A stretch of DNA of 64,000 nt from Scyliorhinus canicula (lineage: Eukaryota). The notes below the pieces were generated by a model. That model was not told where the DNA came from. It was given only the letters and a program-made list of their open reading frames with translations, and searched no databases. A program made the translations under genes and the position numbers. The number at the start of each line of letters is the position of its first letter. The stretch's first letter is position 1. Where the stretch lies: contig NW_024055494.1 of assembly GCF_902713615.1 (NCBI RefSeq), positions 1-64,000 on the forward strand, in the 5' to 3' direction. Shown piece by piece: positions 1-11,560 of the stretch.

Positions 1-560
1 CCTTCACTCTCGTTTCCAACCCTGGCTGGACCGACAACCTGAATATGGCCTTCGGGGGTCCGGGTACAGTTTACATGCACCACTTTAGAAATTACCCTAA
101 AAATCTCCTTCCAGTAATCCTCTAGCTTTGGACAGGACCAAAACATATGAACATGATTAGCACCACCTCACCCCCGCCCCGAAGCGTTCACACACATCTT
201 CTACTCCCTCAACGAATCGCTCATCCTCGTGAGGCTGTGCTCTGTATACCACCTTCAGCTGTATCAGCCCAACCTCGCGCACAAGGTGAGGCATTCACTC
301 TCCGTAGCACCTCACACCAGAACCCCTCCTCCATAACCTCTCCCAACTCCTCCTCATACTTTGCTTTGATCCCTTCCAGTGGTGCCCTCTCCTCTTCCAA
401 AATAGCTCTGTAAACCGCTGACACTACCCACTTCTCCCAATCCCCCTGTCGTCAGCCCGTCCTCCAGCAATTGTGGAGGACTGGCTCCTCAGGGAAGTTC
501 TGTATCTCCTTTCTGTCAAAATCTCGAACCTGCATGTATCAAACATTTCCCCCTGCGCAC
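1..560 (-). mobile_element. L1-clade LINE ORF2 C-terminal fragment (degenerate)
   Basis: ORF 221-424 (KAKYEEELGEVMEEGFWCEVLRRVNASPCAR) is homologous to the L1 C-terminal region at 1224-1520. Confidence 0.7.
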
Positions 561-599
561 ACCTAGGAATTTGAAGCTGTCAACCATCTCCATCTCATT

Positions 600-1935
600 T
601 TAGAGCGCAGTCGGGGGGGGGGGGGGGGGGGGGGGGCAGAGGGTTGGCGCTACCGAACTTCTGTAGCTACTACTGGGCGGCTAATGTAGCCATGATTAGG
701 AAATGCGTAATGGAGGAGGGGTCGGCGTGGAGACGACTAGAGGCAGCGTCATGCAAAGGCACCAGCCTAGGGGCACTGGTAACGGCACCGCTGCCATTCT
801 CGCCGCGCACAATATACCACAAGCCCGGTGGTGACTGTGGCATTGGGGTCTGGGGTCAGTGGAGAAGGCACAGGAAGGAGGAGGCGGCCTCAGTTTGGAC
901 CCCGATATGGAACAATCATAGATTTGTCCCGGGCAAGATAGACGGAGGGTTTCAAAGTTGGCACAGGGCAGGCATTAAAAGGATGGGGGACCTTTTATAG
1001 ATGGGACTTTGCCTAGCTTGAAGGCACTGGAGGAGAAATTCAATCTGCCCCCTGGAAACGTCTTCAGATACCTCCAAGTCTGCGCTTTTCTCAAAAAACA
1101 GGTGGGGACATTTCCGTTGCTACCCCCTCATAGGATACAGGAAAGGGTGGTCTCTGGCATCTGAGTAGGGAGAGGGAAGGTGTCGGGCATTTTCCAAGAT
1201 CTGCAGGAGGCTGAGGAAGCCCAGTGGAGGAACTGAAGGGTAAGTGGAAGGAGGAGCTGGGCGAGGAGCTGGATGAGGGCCTGTGGGCTGATGCCCTCGG
1301 CAGGGTGAATTCCTCCTCATCATGTGCCAGGTTCAGCTTAATTCAGTTTAAGGTGGTACATTGGGCACACATGACGACGGCGAGAATGAGCAAGCTCTTT
1401 GGGTTGAGGACAACTGTGCGAGATCTTACAGAGAGCCCAGTAAACCATGTCCATATGTTCTGGTCATGCCCGGCGCTATTCTGGCAGGGTTTTGCGAAGG
1501 CTATATCCAGGATCTTATAACGCTGGTGAAGCCGAGTCCAGAGATAGAGATCGTTGGGGTGTCAGAGTGCAGGAAGCAAAATGAGGCCGAGTTTTGGCCT
1601 TTGCCTCCCTGGTAGACCGGAGACGGATCTTGTTAATGTGGAGAGACTCGAAACCCCTGAGTGTGGAGACCTGGGTTAGTGACATAGCTGGGTTTCTCAG
1701 TCAGTGACATGGCTAGGTTTCTCAGTCTTGAGAGAATAAAGTTTGCCTTTAGAGGGTCCTTGCTGGGGTTCGCCCAGCGGCGACACCGTTTCCTGTACTG
1801 AGAGGGGGGCGGGGAGGGTGGGGGAATGTTCAGTTCAATGTATATTCTCGTTTTGTATAACAATAACAGCCACCTTGTTTTGTTAAATATTCGTCTTTTT
1901 TTTCATTGGTTATGTAAAAATTCTGTTTGAGAAAA
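600..1935 (+). mobile_element. L1-clade LINE 3' portion (ORF2 C-terminus and 3' UTR), frameshifted
   Basis: (GG)LALPNFCSYYWAA and KWKEELG..W..L.RVNSSSSCARFSLIQFKVVH..HVHMFWSCP motifs typical of fish/shark L1 ORF2; A-rich end. Confidence 0.8.
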
Positions 1936-1969
1936 AACTTCCTGCCATCAACAAACATTTTCCACAGTC

Positions 1970-2180
1970 TCTCCTGGAGTTTGAGACAAAGCAGCTTTCA
2001 AAATGATGCAGGGTTTCAGCCAATGAGGGAGATCCGGGCTCAGCCCAGCCCCTCATTCACTCTGATTGGTTGGAGGACCGGCTTCTGCCGCTCGGTCCTC
2101 CAGCCGCGCCCCCTCTTCCTATTGGTCAGGAGCTGCCGTCAATCAACCGGGCATTGTGATGGAGAGCATGCGCAGTGCGG
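1970..2180 (+). promoter_or_regulatory. ZNF-cassette promoter module, copy 1
   Basis: CCAAT 2020, ATTGG 2065 and 2121, CCGTCAATCA 2136, inverted repeat 2071-2102, GCATGCGCA (NRF1-like); about 600 bp upstream of the acceptor of ZNF-A. Confidence 0.7.
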
Positions 2181-2898
2181 GTAGGAGCTGGGCTCGGCAA
2201 TCGCGGATCTCCGGAGCTGATGAGAAACTGCGCGGTGAGACGAGAGGGATGGAGCCGGCGGGTGGGTTGGATATGAGGGCTTCCCAAACACCCGCAGTAC
2301 GCTCCAAACCCCCAATATGAAGCTCAAATTCCTGCCTTTGCCTCCGAATGAGAAATCGCTGAGTTCGTTGCCGCCATTTTCGTAGGGGCGAGGCTCAGCC
2401 AGGCGCATGCGTAGTCGCCATTTTTGTAGGTGGCAATCTCTGGTCAAACAGCCAATGAGGGACCTTCCGGTACCTGCCCCGCTGCTGCGAGACCGGCTTC
2501 CAACACACATTGTGATTGGTCGGAGGACCTGATAACCTATTAGTCCTCCAATCCCGCCCCTTCGCAATCCAAACAGAAACTGATTGAATTGGGGATGAAT
2601 GATCTCTGCTTCACCCCCTGACTCTCCCACCATCTCCCCTGTCTGTTTCCTACTCCCTCACCTTGGTCACTCTTTCCCAGTGTCAATCCCACAAATTATC
2701 AGATTCATTCAACTCGATGTGTTTTATTTCTTTCTGTTTTTGTGGGTTCTCTCTCACTCCCTTATTTCTGTTTTAAATCAATCTCACAGGGTATAGTAAA
2801 GACAGGATTTGCAATCGGGAAAGAGAAACTAATCCAAACATCATATCAGGATCTGACAGACTCAATTCATCAGGAGTGACGATCACCAGCCTTCGAAC

Positions 2899-3767
2899 AT
2901 GGCAGCAAAAATTACTATTCACCCAGGGACAAAACCGTGTAAATGTGGGGACTGTGGGAAGAGATTCAGTTACCCGTCTGAGCTGGAAATTCATCGGCGC
3001 AATCACACCGGGGAGAGGCCATTCACCTGTTCCGGCTGTGGGAAGGGATTCACTAGTTTCTCTTCCCTGCAGAAACACCAGCCTGTTCACGCTGACAAGA
3101 GGGAGTTTAAATGCTCCGACTGTGAAAAGAGATTTAAAAGCCTAAATGTACTGCGGATGCACCAGCGCATCCACACTGTGGACAGGCCATTCAGCTGCTC
3201 ACAATGCGGGAAGAGGTTCAGGGCATCATCTGACCTGCTGATGCACCAGCGAGTTCACAGTGACAAGAGACCTTTCAAATGTCCGGAATGCGAAAAGTGC
3301 TATAAAAGGTCAGAGGAACTGCGGCGCCATCAACTTGTTCACACTGATGAGAGACCGTTCAGATGTTCTCAATGTGGGCATGGTTCAGGCGATCAGCTGA
3401 CCTTGTTCGACATCAGCGCACTCACTCTGGGGAGAAGCCTTTCACCTGTTCTGAATGTGGGAAGGGATTTGCTCAGTTATCACACTGGCGAACACACCAG
3501 CAAGTTCATACTGAAGAGAGACCTTTTAAATGTCCAGACTGTAGGAAGTGCTTTAAAAGTTCAGAGAAACTGCGGATCCATCAACGTGTTCACTCTGACA
3601 AGAGACCGTTCAGGTGCCCTCACTGCGGAACTGGGTTCAAGCAATCAGGCAACCTCATTATACACCAACGCACTCACACTGGGGAGAGGCCTTTCATCTG
3701 CTCAGAGTGTGAGAAGGGATTCATTTGTTTATCCAACCTTATGAGACATCGGCGAGTTCATCAATGA
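2899..3767 (+). pseudogene. C2H2 zinc-finger gene ZNF-A, 10 fingers, single -1 frameshift in finger 6 (pseudogene or assembly error)
   Basis: ORFs 2899-3744 and 3363-3767 join into 10 tandem fingers if one G is added at 3382-3383; acceptor ...tcacag at 2788-2789. Confidence 0.85.
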
Positions 3768-4284
3768 TGCAGAGTTTAGATTCTGACAGCTGGGGTTTAT
3801 TTCTGATGTCATTTTCACCCATTAGACTTATCCTATACTCCACACCATGCTTCATTCATATCGCAATAGACCATTATAGCTGTAAACATCCTTTTAAAAT
3901 TTAAATCTCTTAGTAACTGTATTGAACTAAAGATGAACAAGAAACAGATCCCAGTCCAATCCTGCAGCTCCATATTGACAGGAGAAAGTTTGTTCTGTAA
4001 CTTGAGGTTGAGGTGGTAAACTCTGAATGTTGGTAATCTCATCTGTAGGCTTCTTAGACATGCTGTTAACTTCTCAGATGTTAAAGGGATCACTCTTAAA
4101 GTATACTCACCAATTTATAACCTGACACTGGACCCTGCTGTAACTAATAGCATCCATTTGTGATGATTTACAGTGAAAATCCTGTGGAATCTTTGTTCCT
4201 TGTTTTATGAAATAGCTCCCTCCGTTAGTGCTGAAATTCTGGATAACTCTGATTACGTTCAGATATGTTTAGTCTATGGAAAAT

Positions 4285-4555
4285 TTTGTGGCTCAAGCGT
4301 CCCTACCTCTGAGCCAGAAGCTCTGGATTTGAATCCCACCCCAGGATGTGATGGCCAAGGAAGGAACGTTTGTAACACAATCAAACAGGTTTAGTGTCAA
4401 CCTCCAAAATTCTCCCAAAACCTGCCAATGGCTGGCGGTAAGAGTGGGAGAGAGTCCTGGTCAGCCATGCTTGATGTGGAGTGGCACCCCTCAAGCTATA
4501 AGCCTCTGGCGATACACTAGCGAGTTGCTTCTGGAATAATTAGCTATGAAAACAG
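4285..4555 (+). mobile_element. Probable old tRNA-derived SINE (distinct family)
   Basis: tRNA-like head gtggctcaagcgtcc..ggatttgaatccc (box B-like); single copy in the window. Confidence 0.35.
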
Positions 4556-4729
4556 ATTAACAGATAACAGAAGAGAATTGGAATAAATGGTCTGTGTGCT
4601 CAGATTTAATTGTAATGTGTAACCAATGGACAAGTCAGTCTGTCCTGACTTGTACTCTGGTGTCTTGGCGATTTGTGAAGATTTAATTCACTCACTCAAC
4701 AGCTTGAGAGGAATCACACTGAGGTTTCA

Positions 4730-5885
4730 AGAACATTAAAATAGGACTAGAAATGGGCCATTCAGACCTTCGAGTCTCCTCTGCTATTCAATACAATTAT
4801 GACTGATCTTCACCCTCCCCATGATTCTTAATTCCCTTCGTATCCAAGATTTTATTGTCCCCTCTCTTAAATATAACTGAGGCTTTACAGCTCCCTGGAA
4901 TAGAAAATTCCAAAGATTCAGAATCCTTTAAGAGAAAGAATTCCTTCTCATCTCCGTCCTAAATGGTTAATCCCCGACTCGGAGACTAATCGCCATATTA
5001 TAGGTTCCCCAGACACAAGAAACATTTTCTCCGCATCTACCTTGTCAGGCCGATTAAAAATTTAAAATTTCAATCAGATCACCTCTCAATCTTTCAACCT
5101 CCATCAGTATCAGCCCAGCGAACTCAATTTTTCCTCTTGGGTCAATCCCCTCCTCCCAGGAACCAGTCCATAGAACTGCTCCTCAAGCCCCCTCGGTAAA
5201 TATGGCCTTCCCTGGGTAAGGAGACATAACCTGTGCACAGTCCTCCAGGTGAGGCCTCACTAATGCTCTGCATAATTGAAGTAAGACATCTTTACTCTTG
5301 TACTCCAAGCCATTTCAATGAAAGCTAAAATACCATTTGCTTGCTGTGGTTCCGTGTTAACTTTCTCTGCTTCCTGTACAATGACACCCAGGTCCCTCTC
5401 AATGCCAGGGCTGGTTTAGCTCACTGGGCTAAATCGCTGGCTTTTAAAGCAGGCCAGCAGCACGGTTCGATTCCCGTACCAGCCTCCCCGGACAGGCGCC
5501 CGAATGTGGCGACTAGGGGCTTTTCACAGTAACTTCATTGAAGCCTACTCGTGACAATAAGCGATTTTCATTTTCATTTCATTTCATGCAAACATTTCGC
5601 AGTCTCTCACCAATCAAACAATGTTCCACTTTTTAAAAATTCTGAAAATGCCGGTGTATTCTCACTCTCTGTTTTCTGTCAATTAACCGATCCACAATCC
5701 AGTGATAAGTTATTAACCCGAATCACACGAGCCCTAATTTTGTGTAATAACCTCTTGTGTGGCACCTTCTCAAATTTTTTTGAAAATCCAAATACACGAT
5801 ATCCACAGATTTCCCGCGTTACCCATTACATCTGCAGAAACATTTCCACACATTTGTCAAATGTGATTTCTCTTTCATAAATCAG
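4730..5885 (-). mobile_element. CR1-clade LINE 3' fragment, interrupted by a SINE
   Basis: Reverse complement has the CR1 3' tail and a degenerate VYLDFQK.F.KVPHKRL RT motif near 5750-5800. Confidence 0.7.
5407..5586 (+). mobile_element. Short SINE, family B (tRNA head plus Rex1-like tail)
   Basis: ggggctggtttagctcac..ggttcgattccc..ttttcacagtaacttcattgaagcctactcgtgacaataa(ttttca)n; 9 near-identical copies in the window. Confidence 0.85.
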
Positions 5886-5892
5886 TGAAATC

Positions 5893-6375
5893 AGTTGGAG
5901 TGCAGCTCCAACAACACGCAAGAACTCAACACCATCCAAGACAAAGCAGCCGGATGGATTGGCACCCCTTTCTCAAACATTCACTCCCTCCACACCGACG
6001 AATAGTGGCAGCCTTGTGTACCATCTACAAGATGCACTGCAGGAACTCACCAATGTTCCTTTGGCAGTACCTTCAAAACCCACGACCACTACCATCTAGA
6101 AGGACAAAAGCAGCAGATACCTGGGAACCTCCCCACCTAGAGGTTCCCCTTCAAGTCTATCACCACCCTGACTTGGAATTATATCGCCGTTCCTTCAATG
6201 TTACTGGGTCAAAACCATAAAACTCCCTCCCTAACAGCATGGAGGGTGCACCTACACCAAAGGGGCTGCAGCTGTCCAAGCAGGGAGCTCACCACCGCTT
6301 TCTCAAAGGCAATTAGGGAGAGGACAATAAATCCTGGCCTGGCCAGCAATGCCCACATCCAGTAAATTAATTTTT
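5893..6375 (+). mobile_element. LINE 3' end (CR1/L2-related family)
   Basis: SAAPTT.K.LNTIQDKAA.LIG-type RT C-terminus; homologous copies at 44095-44240 and 51095-51745. Confidence 0.6.
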
Positions 6376-6432
6376 GAAAAGTTAATCATTTTCTAAGTGT
6401 CCTGTACCCATCTCCCTAATAACAGGTTCTAA

Positions 6433-6662
6433 GGGGAACCACGGTGCTGCAGTGGTTAGCATTGCTGCCTCACAGCACCGAGGTCCCAGTTTCGATCCCG
6501 ACTCTGGGTCACTGTCCGTGTGGAGTTTGTACATTCTCCCCGTGTTTGCGTGGGGTTCGCCCCCACAACCCAAAGATTTGCAGGTTAGGTGAATTGGCCA
6601 CGCTAAACTGCCCCTTAATTGGAAAAAATGAATTGGGTATTTTAAATTTATTTAAAAAAAAT
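6433..6662 (+). mobile_element. V-SINE/HE1-like SINE, family A2 (short, A-rich tail)
   Basis: tRNA head, V-domain-like core gtgtggagtttg.acattctccccgtg, tail ccttaattggaaaaaatgaattgggta..(A)n. Confidence 0.85.
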
Positions 6663-6717
6663 AACAGGTTCTAGCATTTGCCAACTACAGATGTCAGACT
6701 CGATTTCCCATTTTATC

Positions 6718-7046
6718 TTCATAGAATTCACAGAATTTACAGTGCAGAAGGAGGCCATTCGACCCATTGACTCTGGACCAGCTCTTGGAAAGAGCACCCT
6801 ACTTAAGCCCACACCTATACCCGTAACCCCACCTAACCTTTTTTTTGGACACCAAGGGCAATTTATCATGGCCAATCCACCTAACCTGCATATCTCTGGA
6901 CCGTGGGAGGAAACAGGAGCACCCGGAGGAAACCCACGCAGACACGGGGAAAATGTACAGACTCCACACAGACAGTGACCCAAGTTGGGAATCAAACTTG
7001 AGACCCTGGAGCTGTGAAACAACCGTGCTAACCACTGTGCTGCCCC
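6718..7046 (-). mobile_element. HE1-like SINE, family A1 (CR1-type tail)
   Basis: Full-length head and core, tail atgggtcgaatggcctccttctgcactgt..ttctatg. Confidence 0.85.
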
Positions 7047-7640
7047 CCTTTTTTGAGAAGTGAGATTATGTTTGTGAACTTCGGTTCCTTGGGAACTGTT
7101 CTAGAATGTAAGGAATTCTCAAAGATCAAACCTAATGAATCCACCATCTTACAATCCCTGTGGTGGTCAAAGAACAAAAAGAACCACAGTTACCGAATGA
7201 CAAGAAGAAAACCAATGAACAAGGTTTCACTTTTTATACATTTTACTTTCACAATCAACCAAAAGAAACAAACTAGATATGAATTTAAATTCAGTCAACA
7301 TTAACTATAAATTACACATTAAATAGCAGATGTAACAAAGATAAATCTCCTGTATTTTCCAGGCAGTCCATTAAGCTGGAATGATGCCACTTTCTGCTGC
7401 AAAGTCCTTAAAGGCTCTTAAATTCCCCATGCAGAAACCCAGCTCCTTTTCTTTGAGGATTTTGCCACTGGTTTCTGGGAACTGGTTGTTTTTCGAAGGT
7501 AAGATTTTTATTAAAATGACAACACAGACTGTGTCCACCCATCGATCTCTCTGGACTAACCTGTGCCTCACAGTCAGGATTACGTGTTTATGAAGAGGAG
7601 GTTATTGTCCAGTATCTCCTAACCAACTCTCGAAGTTATA

Positions 7641-7808
7641 TGAAAATGAAAATCGCTTATTGTCACGAGTAGGCTTCAATTAAGTTACTGTGAAAAGCCC
7701 CTAGTCGCCACATTCCAGCGCCTGTCCGGGGAGGCTGGTACGGGAATCGAACCATGCTGCTGGCCTGCTTTAAAAGCCAGCGATTTAGCTGAGTGAGCTA
7801 AACCAGCC
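7641..7808 (-). mobile_element. SINE family B
   Basis: Reverse complement of 5407-5586. Confidence 0.85.
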
Positions 7809-8612
7809 GATAATATATTGTCTTCCTTCCAGGCACTTCCATCTTGCTAAAGTCTATTGTGTGGAACTTTATTGAATGACTTTTGGAAGTCACTATGATA
7901 ACATTCATAGACATTCCCTTACCTACCATATTAGTGACCTCCAAAATACAACATGGTTAGTTAGACATGACTTAATCTTTAACAAGTCCATGCTGTCTCA
8001 CTCTGATCAGTCCATATTTGTCAAAGTGAGAATGGGGTGAATGATGCAGATGGCATAAACCCCTGAATCTCCTATTTATGACTCCATTCCAGGCTCCTGT
8101 TAAACACATTTGCTGAGTGGGTTTAAATTGGGTTTACAAGCTTGATGTTCCATTCACACATCGAAGGTGAGAGAGATGCTGTGGGATACACACTCAGTCC
8201 TGTAGCTGAAAATGACTGGGATTTATGGCGAGAGATCTCGGAATTCCTACCAATACCTTCCCTGGGTCTCAAGGCGAGGAGAAAGACTCTGAAAGGTGTG
8301 GGGAGTTGGGACTTGTCTGAGGGAGCAATAAGGTATGAAAATGAAATAATCTAGAGTTGGAAAGGAGGAAAGTCCCAGAAATGGAGCGGTGTGTAACAGG
8401 ACATCAATTAGTTGCCTCTTTTCCTGGACAAATTAAGGATCAACAAAGTGTGTGTCTGAAACAACATTAATTCATTTGACAAATATCAAAACATTACACC
8501 CCAACCAGTTACAGGGATTATCAGCAGAAACAAACTCCAGCTGTCAGAGGGAATGTGCTTCAGTCCCAGGTGTAATCACAGCAGCAATAACAGCAGAATC
8601 CAATCTCTGCAG

Positions 8613-9287
8613 TCACTCGTGAAGTCTCTGGTGTCTCAGCAGATTGGATGACCAAGTAAATCTCTTCCCACACACAGAACAGTTGAACGGCCTCTCCCCG
8701 GTGTGAGTGCGTTGGTGTTTCAGCAGATCAGATGTAGTTTTATAGCTCTTCTCACAGTCAGAACATTTAAACGGTCTCTGATCACTGTGCACAAGTTGAT
8801 GTGCAGCAAGGTTCCATACGTGAAGGAATCTCTTCCCACACTCGGAGCAGGTGAACGATCTCTCTCCAGTGTGAACTCTCTGGTGTCTCTGCAGGTTAGA
8901 TAAATGATTAAATCTCTCCCCACACACAGAGCAAGGGAATAGCCTCTCCCCCGTATGACCTTGTTGGTGTGTGAGCAGGTTGGCTGACTGAGTGAATCCC
9001 TTCCCACACTCGGAGCAGATGAATGGCTTCTCCCCGGTGTGAACACGTTGGTGTCTCAGCAGATCCATTTCGCTTTTGAAGCTCTTCTCACAGTCAGAGC
9101 ATTTAAGAGATCTCTTATTACTGTGTACAAGTTGATGTTTCAGAAGGTGTGCTGACTGAGTAAATCCCTTTCCACACAGAGAGCAGGTGAACGGTCTCTC
9201 TCCAGTGTGACTGCGTTGATGAGCTTCCAGCAGGGATGGAGATTTGAACCCCTTCCCACAGTCTCCACATTTCCACCGTTTCTCCAT
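8613..9287 (-). CDS. C2H2 zinc-finger protein ZNF-B, 8 fingers, no effector domain
   Basis: 224-aa [17 protein letters not shown].. with TGERPF linkers; acceptor ttttacag at about 9615; degenerate fingers at 9290-9530 in the same exon. Confidence 0.9.
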   Translation of the reverse strand: MEKRWKCGDCGKGFKSPSLLEAHQRSHTGERPFTCSLCGKGFTQSAHLLKHQLVHSNKRSLKCSDCEKSFKSEMDLLRHQRVHTGEKPFICSECGKGFTQSANLLTHQQGHTGERLFPCSVCGERFNHLSNLQRHQRVHTGERSFTCSECGKRFLHVWNLAAHQLVHSDQRPFKCSDCEKSYKTTSDLLKHQRTHTGERPFNCSVCGKRFTWSSNLLRHQRLHE

Positions 9288-9820
9288 GGTGCCGATGTCC
9301 TTGTGTCTCTCCAGGTTGGAGTCTCATCCACACACAAAACACTTGTACGGTTTCTCCCGACTGTGAATGGTGTGATGTTTTTCCAGGTTGTGTAACTGGT
9401 TCAGGCTCCACAGTCAGTTCACTGGAACATTCACTCAGGTGTGTGTGTCTCAGTGCTTTTCCAGTCACACTGATGTTTGAAATCTTTTCCCACAGATAGA
9501 ACAGACAAAGATTTCTCCTTCCACATTGAGGGGTTGATGATATTCATATCCTGACAAATCAAAAGGCTCTCTAATCTTGAGTTTGATGTCTGCAAATGTT
9601 TCCATTCTAATACCCTGTAAAAGGAGATTAAATAGAATGATACTCAATATACAGCAACAGGTAATTGTGCCCAGTGTCAGTGCCAATGGGTCTATCGCTT
9701 CTCTCAGCAGGTCTTTCTATTCCTTTCTCTCTCGTGTCTGCAACTTGTTAAGTGCATTCATGTTTTTTTCCTCAACTCGTCCCTGTGGCAGCAAGTTCCA
9801 CACCCTCCGGAAAAAGACAA

Positions 9821-10390
9821 TGGGCTGGATTCTCTGCACCGCAACACTGAAATTGCAGCCGGCGCAAGGACTGGTGCCGGTTCACCGATTCTAAGGGCCC
9901 CGAAAAGCAGCGTACTCCCCGCCTGGGACCTACCTGGAGCCATTGCCAGAGGCCCGCTCTGCCCCCGACTGGCCAAAGTCCCGATGGCATGGAACTAATG
10001 TGCTCCAGCTGGTCAGGATACTCGCGTGGTGGCCATGGACTGAGTCTGTGGCTGCCCTGGTCAGGAGCACTCAGATTGTAGGAGGTGGGGGGGGGGGGGG
10101 GGCCTTATAGGCGGCTGGTAAATGCTTGTGCAGGAATTGAGCGTCGGGAGCGCGGCCAATTGGGGGGGTTCTTTTTTGCGTCCAGCTCCACGGTCTGAGT
10201 TCACCATGGAGCACGGCGCGGAAACTTGAGGACGTCATCGTGCGCATGCGCAGCCACTGAGCCGGAAGTGCGGGGGCCCGTATCTGCAGCAAAAGCTGCG
10301 CGATCTACTCCGGGTCCCTGCAAAGCTAAGAAGTTGTGTCCCATTAATGTCAGTTTTTCTTCCGTAAAACTCTACCGTTTCGACACTTTT
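9821..10390. mobile_element. GC-rich MITE-like non-autonomous element (one terminus recognisable)
   Basis: Starts with gggctggattctc, resembling the TIR of 26577-27210; GC-rich with a poly-G run, embedded in AT-rich intron. Confidence 0.5.
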
Positions 10391-11164
10391 TTGAACACAA
10401 AATTTGTTTTGAGTAATTTTCTTTTCGCAAATCTAAATTTGCAGAGTATGGCATGGGAATTTGCATAAAAACAACTTAATTAACACTTGGGGTTTTATTC
10501 TCAGCCTCTCGTTTTGATGGACGGCTTGCCTGTTCAATCCGAAAGCGCCAGCGGTTTCTTTGTAGGCGGGTGACTGCTGCTTTTCGGTCGATTGCAAGGC
10601 CGGGCCACACATGCTCCTGCCGCTAAATTACATTGTTACACACCCATTTTTTCGGGGGGAAAAAGAGAAAAATAAAGAACGAGAGTTGCAGTGTTTCGAC
10701 ATCAGGCTGCACCACCATGCTGCCCGTCTTAAGTGGTTCTTGATGGACAGTGCACTCTTTGCATTTAGTGAAATGGCCAATAACGATTTTGGATTTTATT
10801 TTGGTTCCATCCAGGTTTAGAGAATCACAGAGGTGCATTGCACAAGAGGTGTTCAGCCCATCTTTCCTGTACTGACTTTTAGACAGAGCATACTTGTTCA
10901 GTCCCTCATTCCCATTTCGTGACCCGAGCCCTGCAACCTCCTCATCCTCAGGTAACTGTCCACCTCTCTTTTGAAAGTAATTACGGAATCAGATCACACT
11001 GCCTTTTCAGGCAGATCCTGAAACTTACTGAGTTTTACTCGACTGCCACTGTGATACAGGATTTACAGTGGACGGTACGAGAGTATTTCAAAAATATCAA
11101 CAGAAAAATATGTTTAAGTATTTAAATTATTGGATGTGTGAGAGGAGCTGGTCCAGGGTCCAGA

Positions 11165-11560
11165 ATGATTTTTCTCCTGGTCACTGGGACCCCGAAGCCT
11201 CCACTTCCTGTTCCCTCACCAAGATGGCCGCACATGCGCAGTCACTTTGCTTCTACCAAGATGGCGACCGGTTACCCTGGGTCAGGGCGGCTGTCAACCT
11301 GGTCTGTCACCGCGGGGTTAACACGGTGCCTGTGGGCTCTTAGTCGAGGCTTTAGGCTTCCACCGGTGTTTATGAACATTTCCAGCCCCCTCCCGATTCC
11401 CCTTCCACCGCGACCCCCACAATCTTTTTACCGCCTCCAGGAACCATCTCTTCCGCCTTAGTCCGTCACAGCCACTGCCATCGCGCATGCCCAGACCACC
11501 AGTTGATACTGCGCCGACGCACCTGAGCCTGTAATCATTGATAGGGGACTTTCTGACCCG
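11165..11560 (-). promoter_or_regulatory. Non-coding leader/promoter region of ZNF-B
   Basis: YY1-like AAGATGGCG at 11268, GCGCATGC, and ggcttcggggtcccagtgaccaggaga shared with 19830, 25280 and 37770. Confidence 0.55.

Noticed and set aside
613-636. Long poly-G and poly-C runs (also near 10086, 13248, 26903, 36200, 45848)
   Set aside because: Expansions inside repeats, with lengths unreliable in assemblies; no independent signal
2139-2633. ORFs over promoter regions as a possible KRAB or other effector exon
   Set aside because: No KRAB, SCAN or BTB motif; frames are not conserved between paralogous promoters
5407-5485. tRNA-like sequences
   Set aside because: Heads of multi-copy SINEs continuing into SINE bodies; no intact cloverleaf evident
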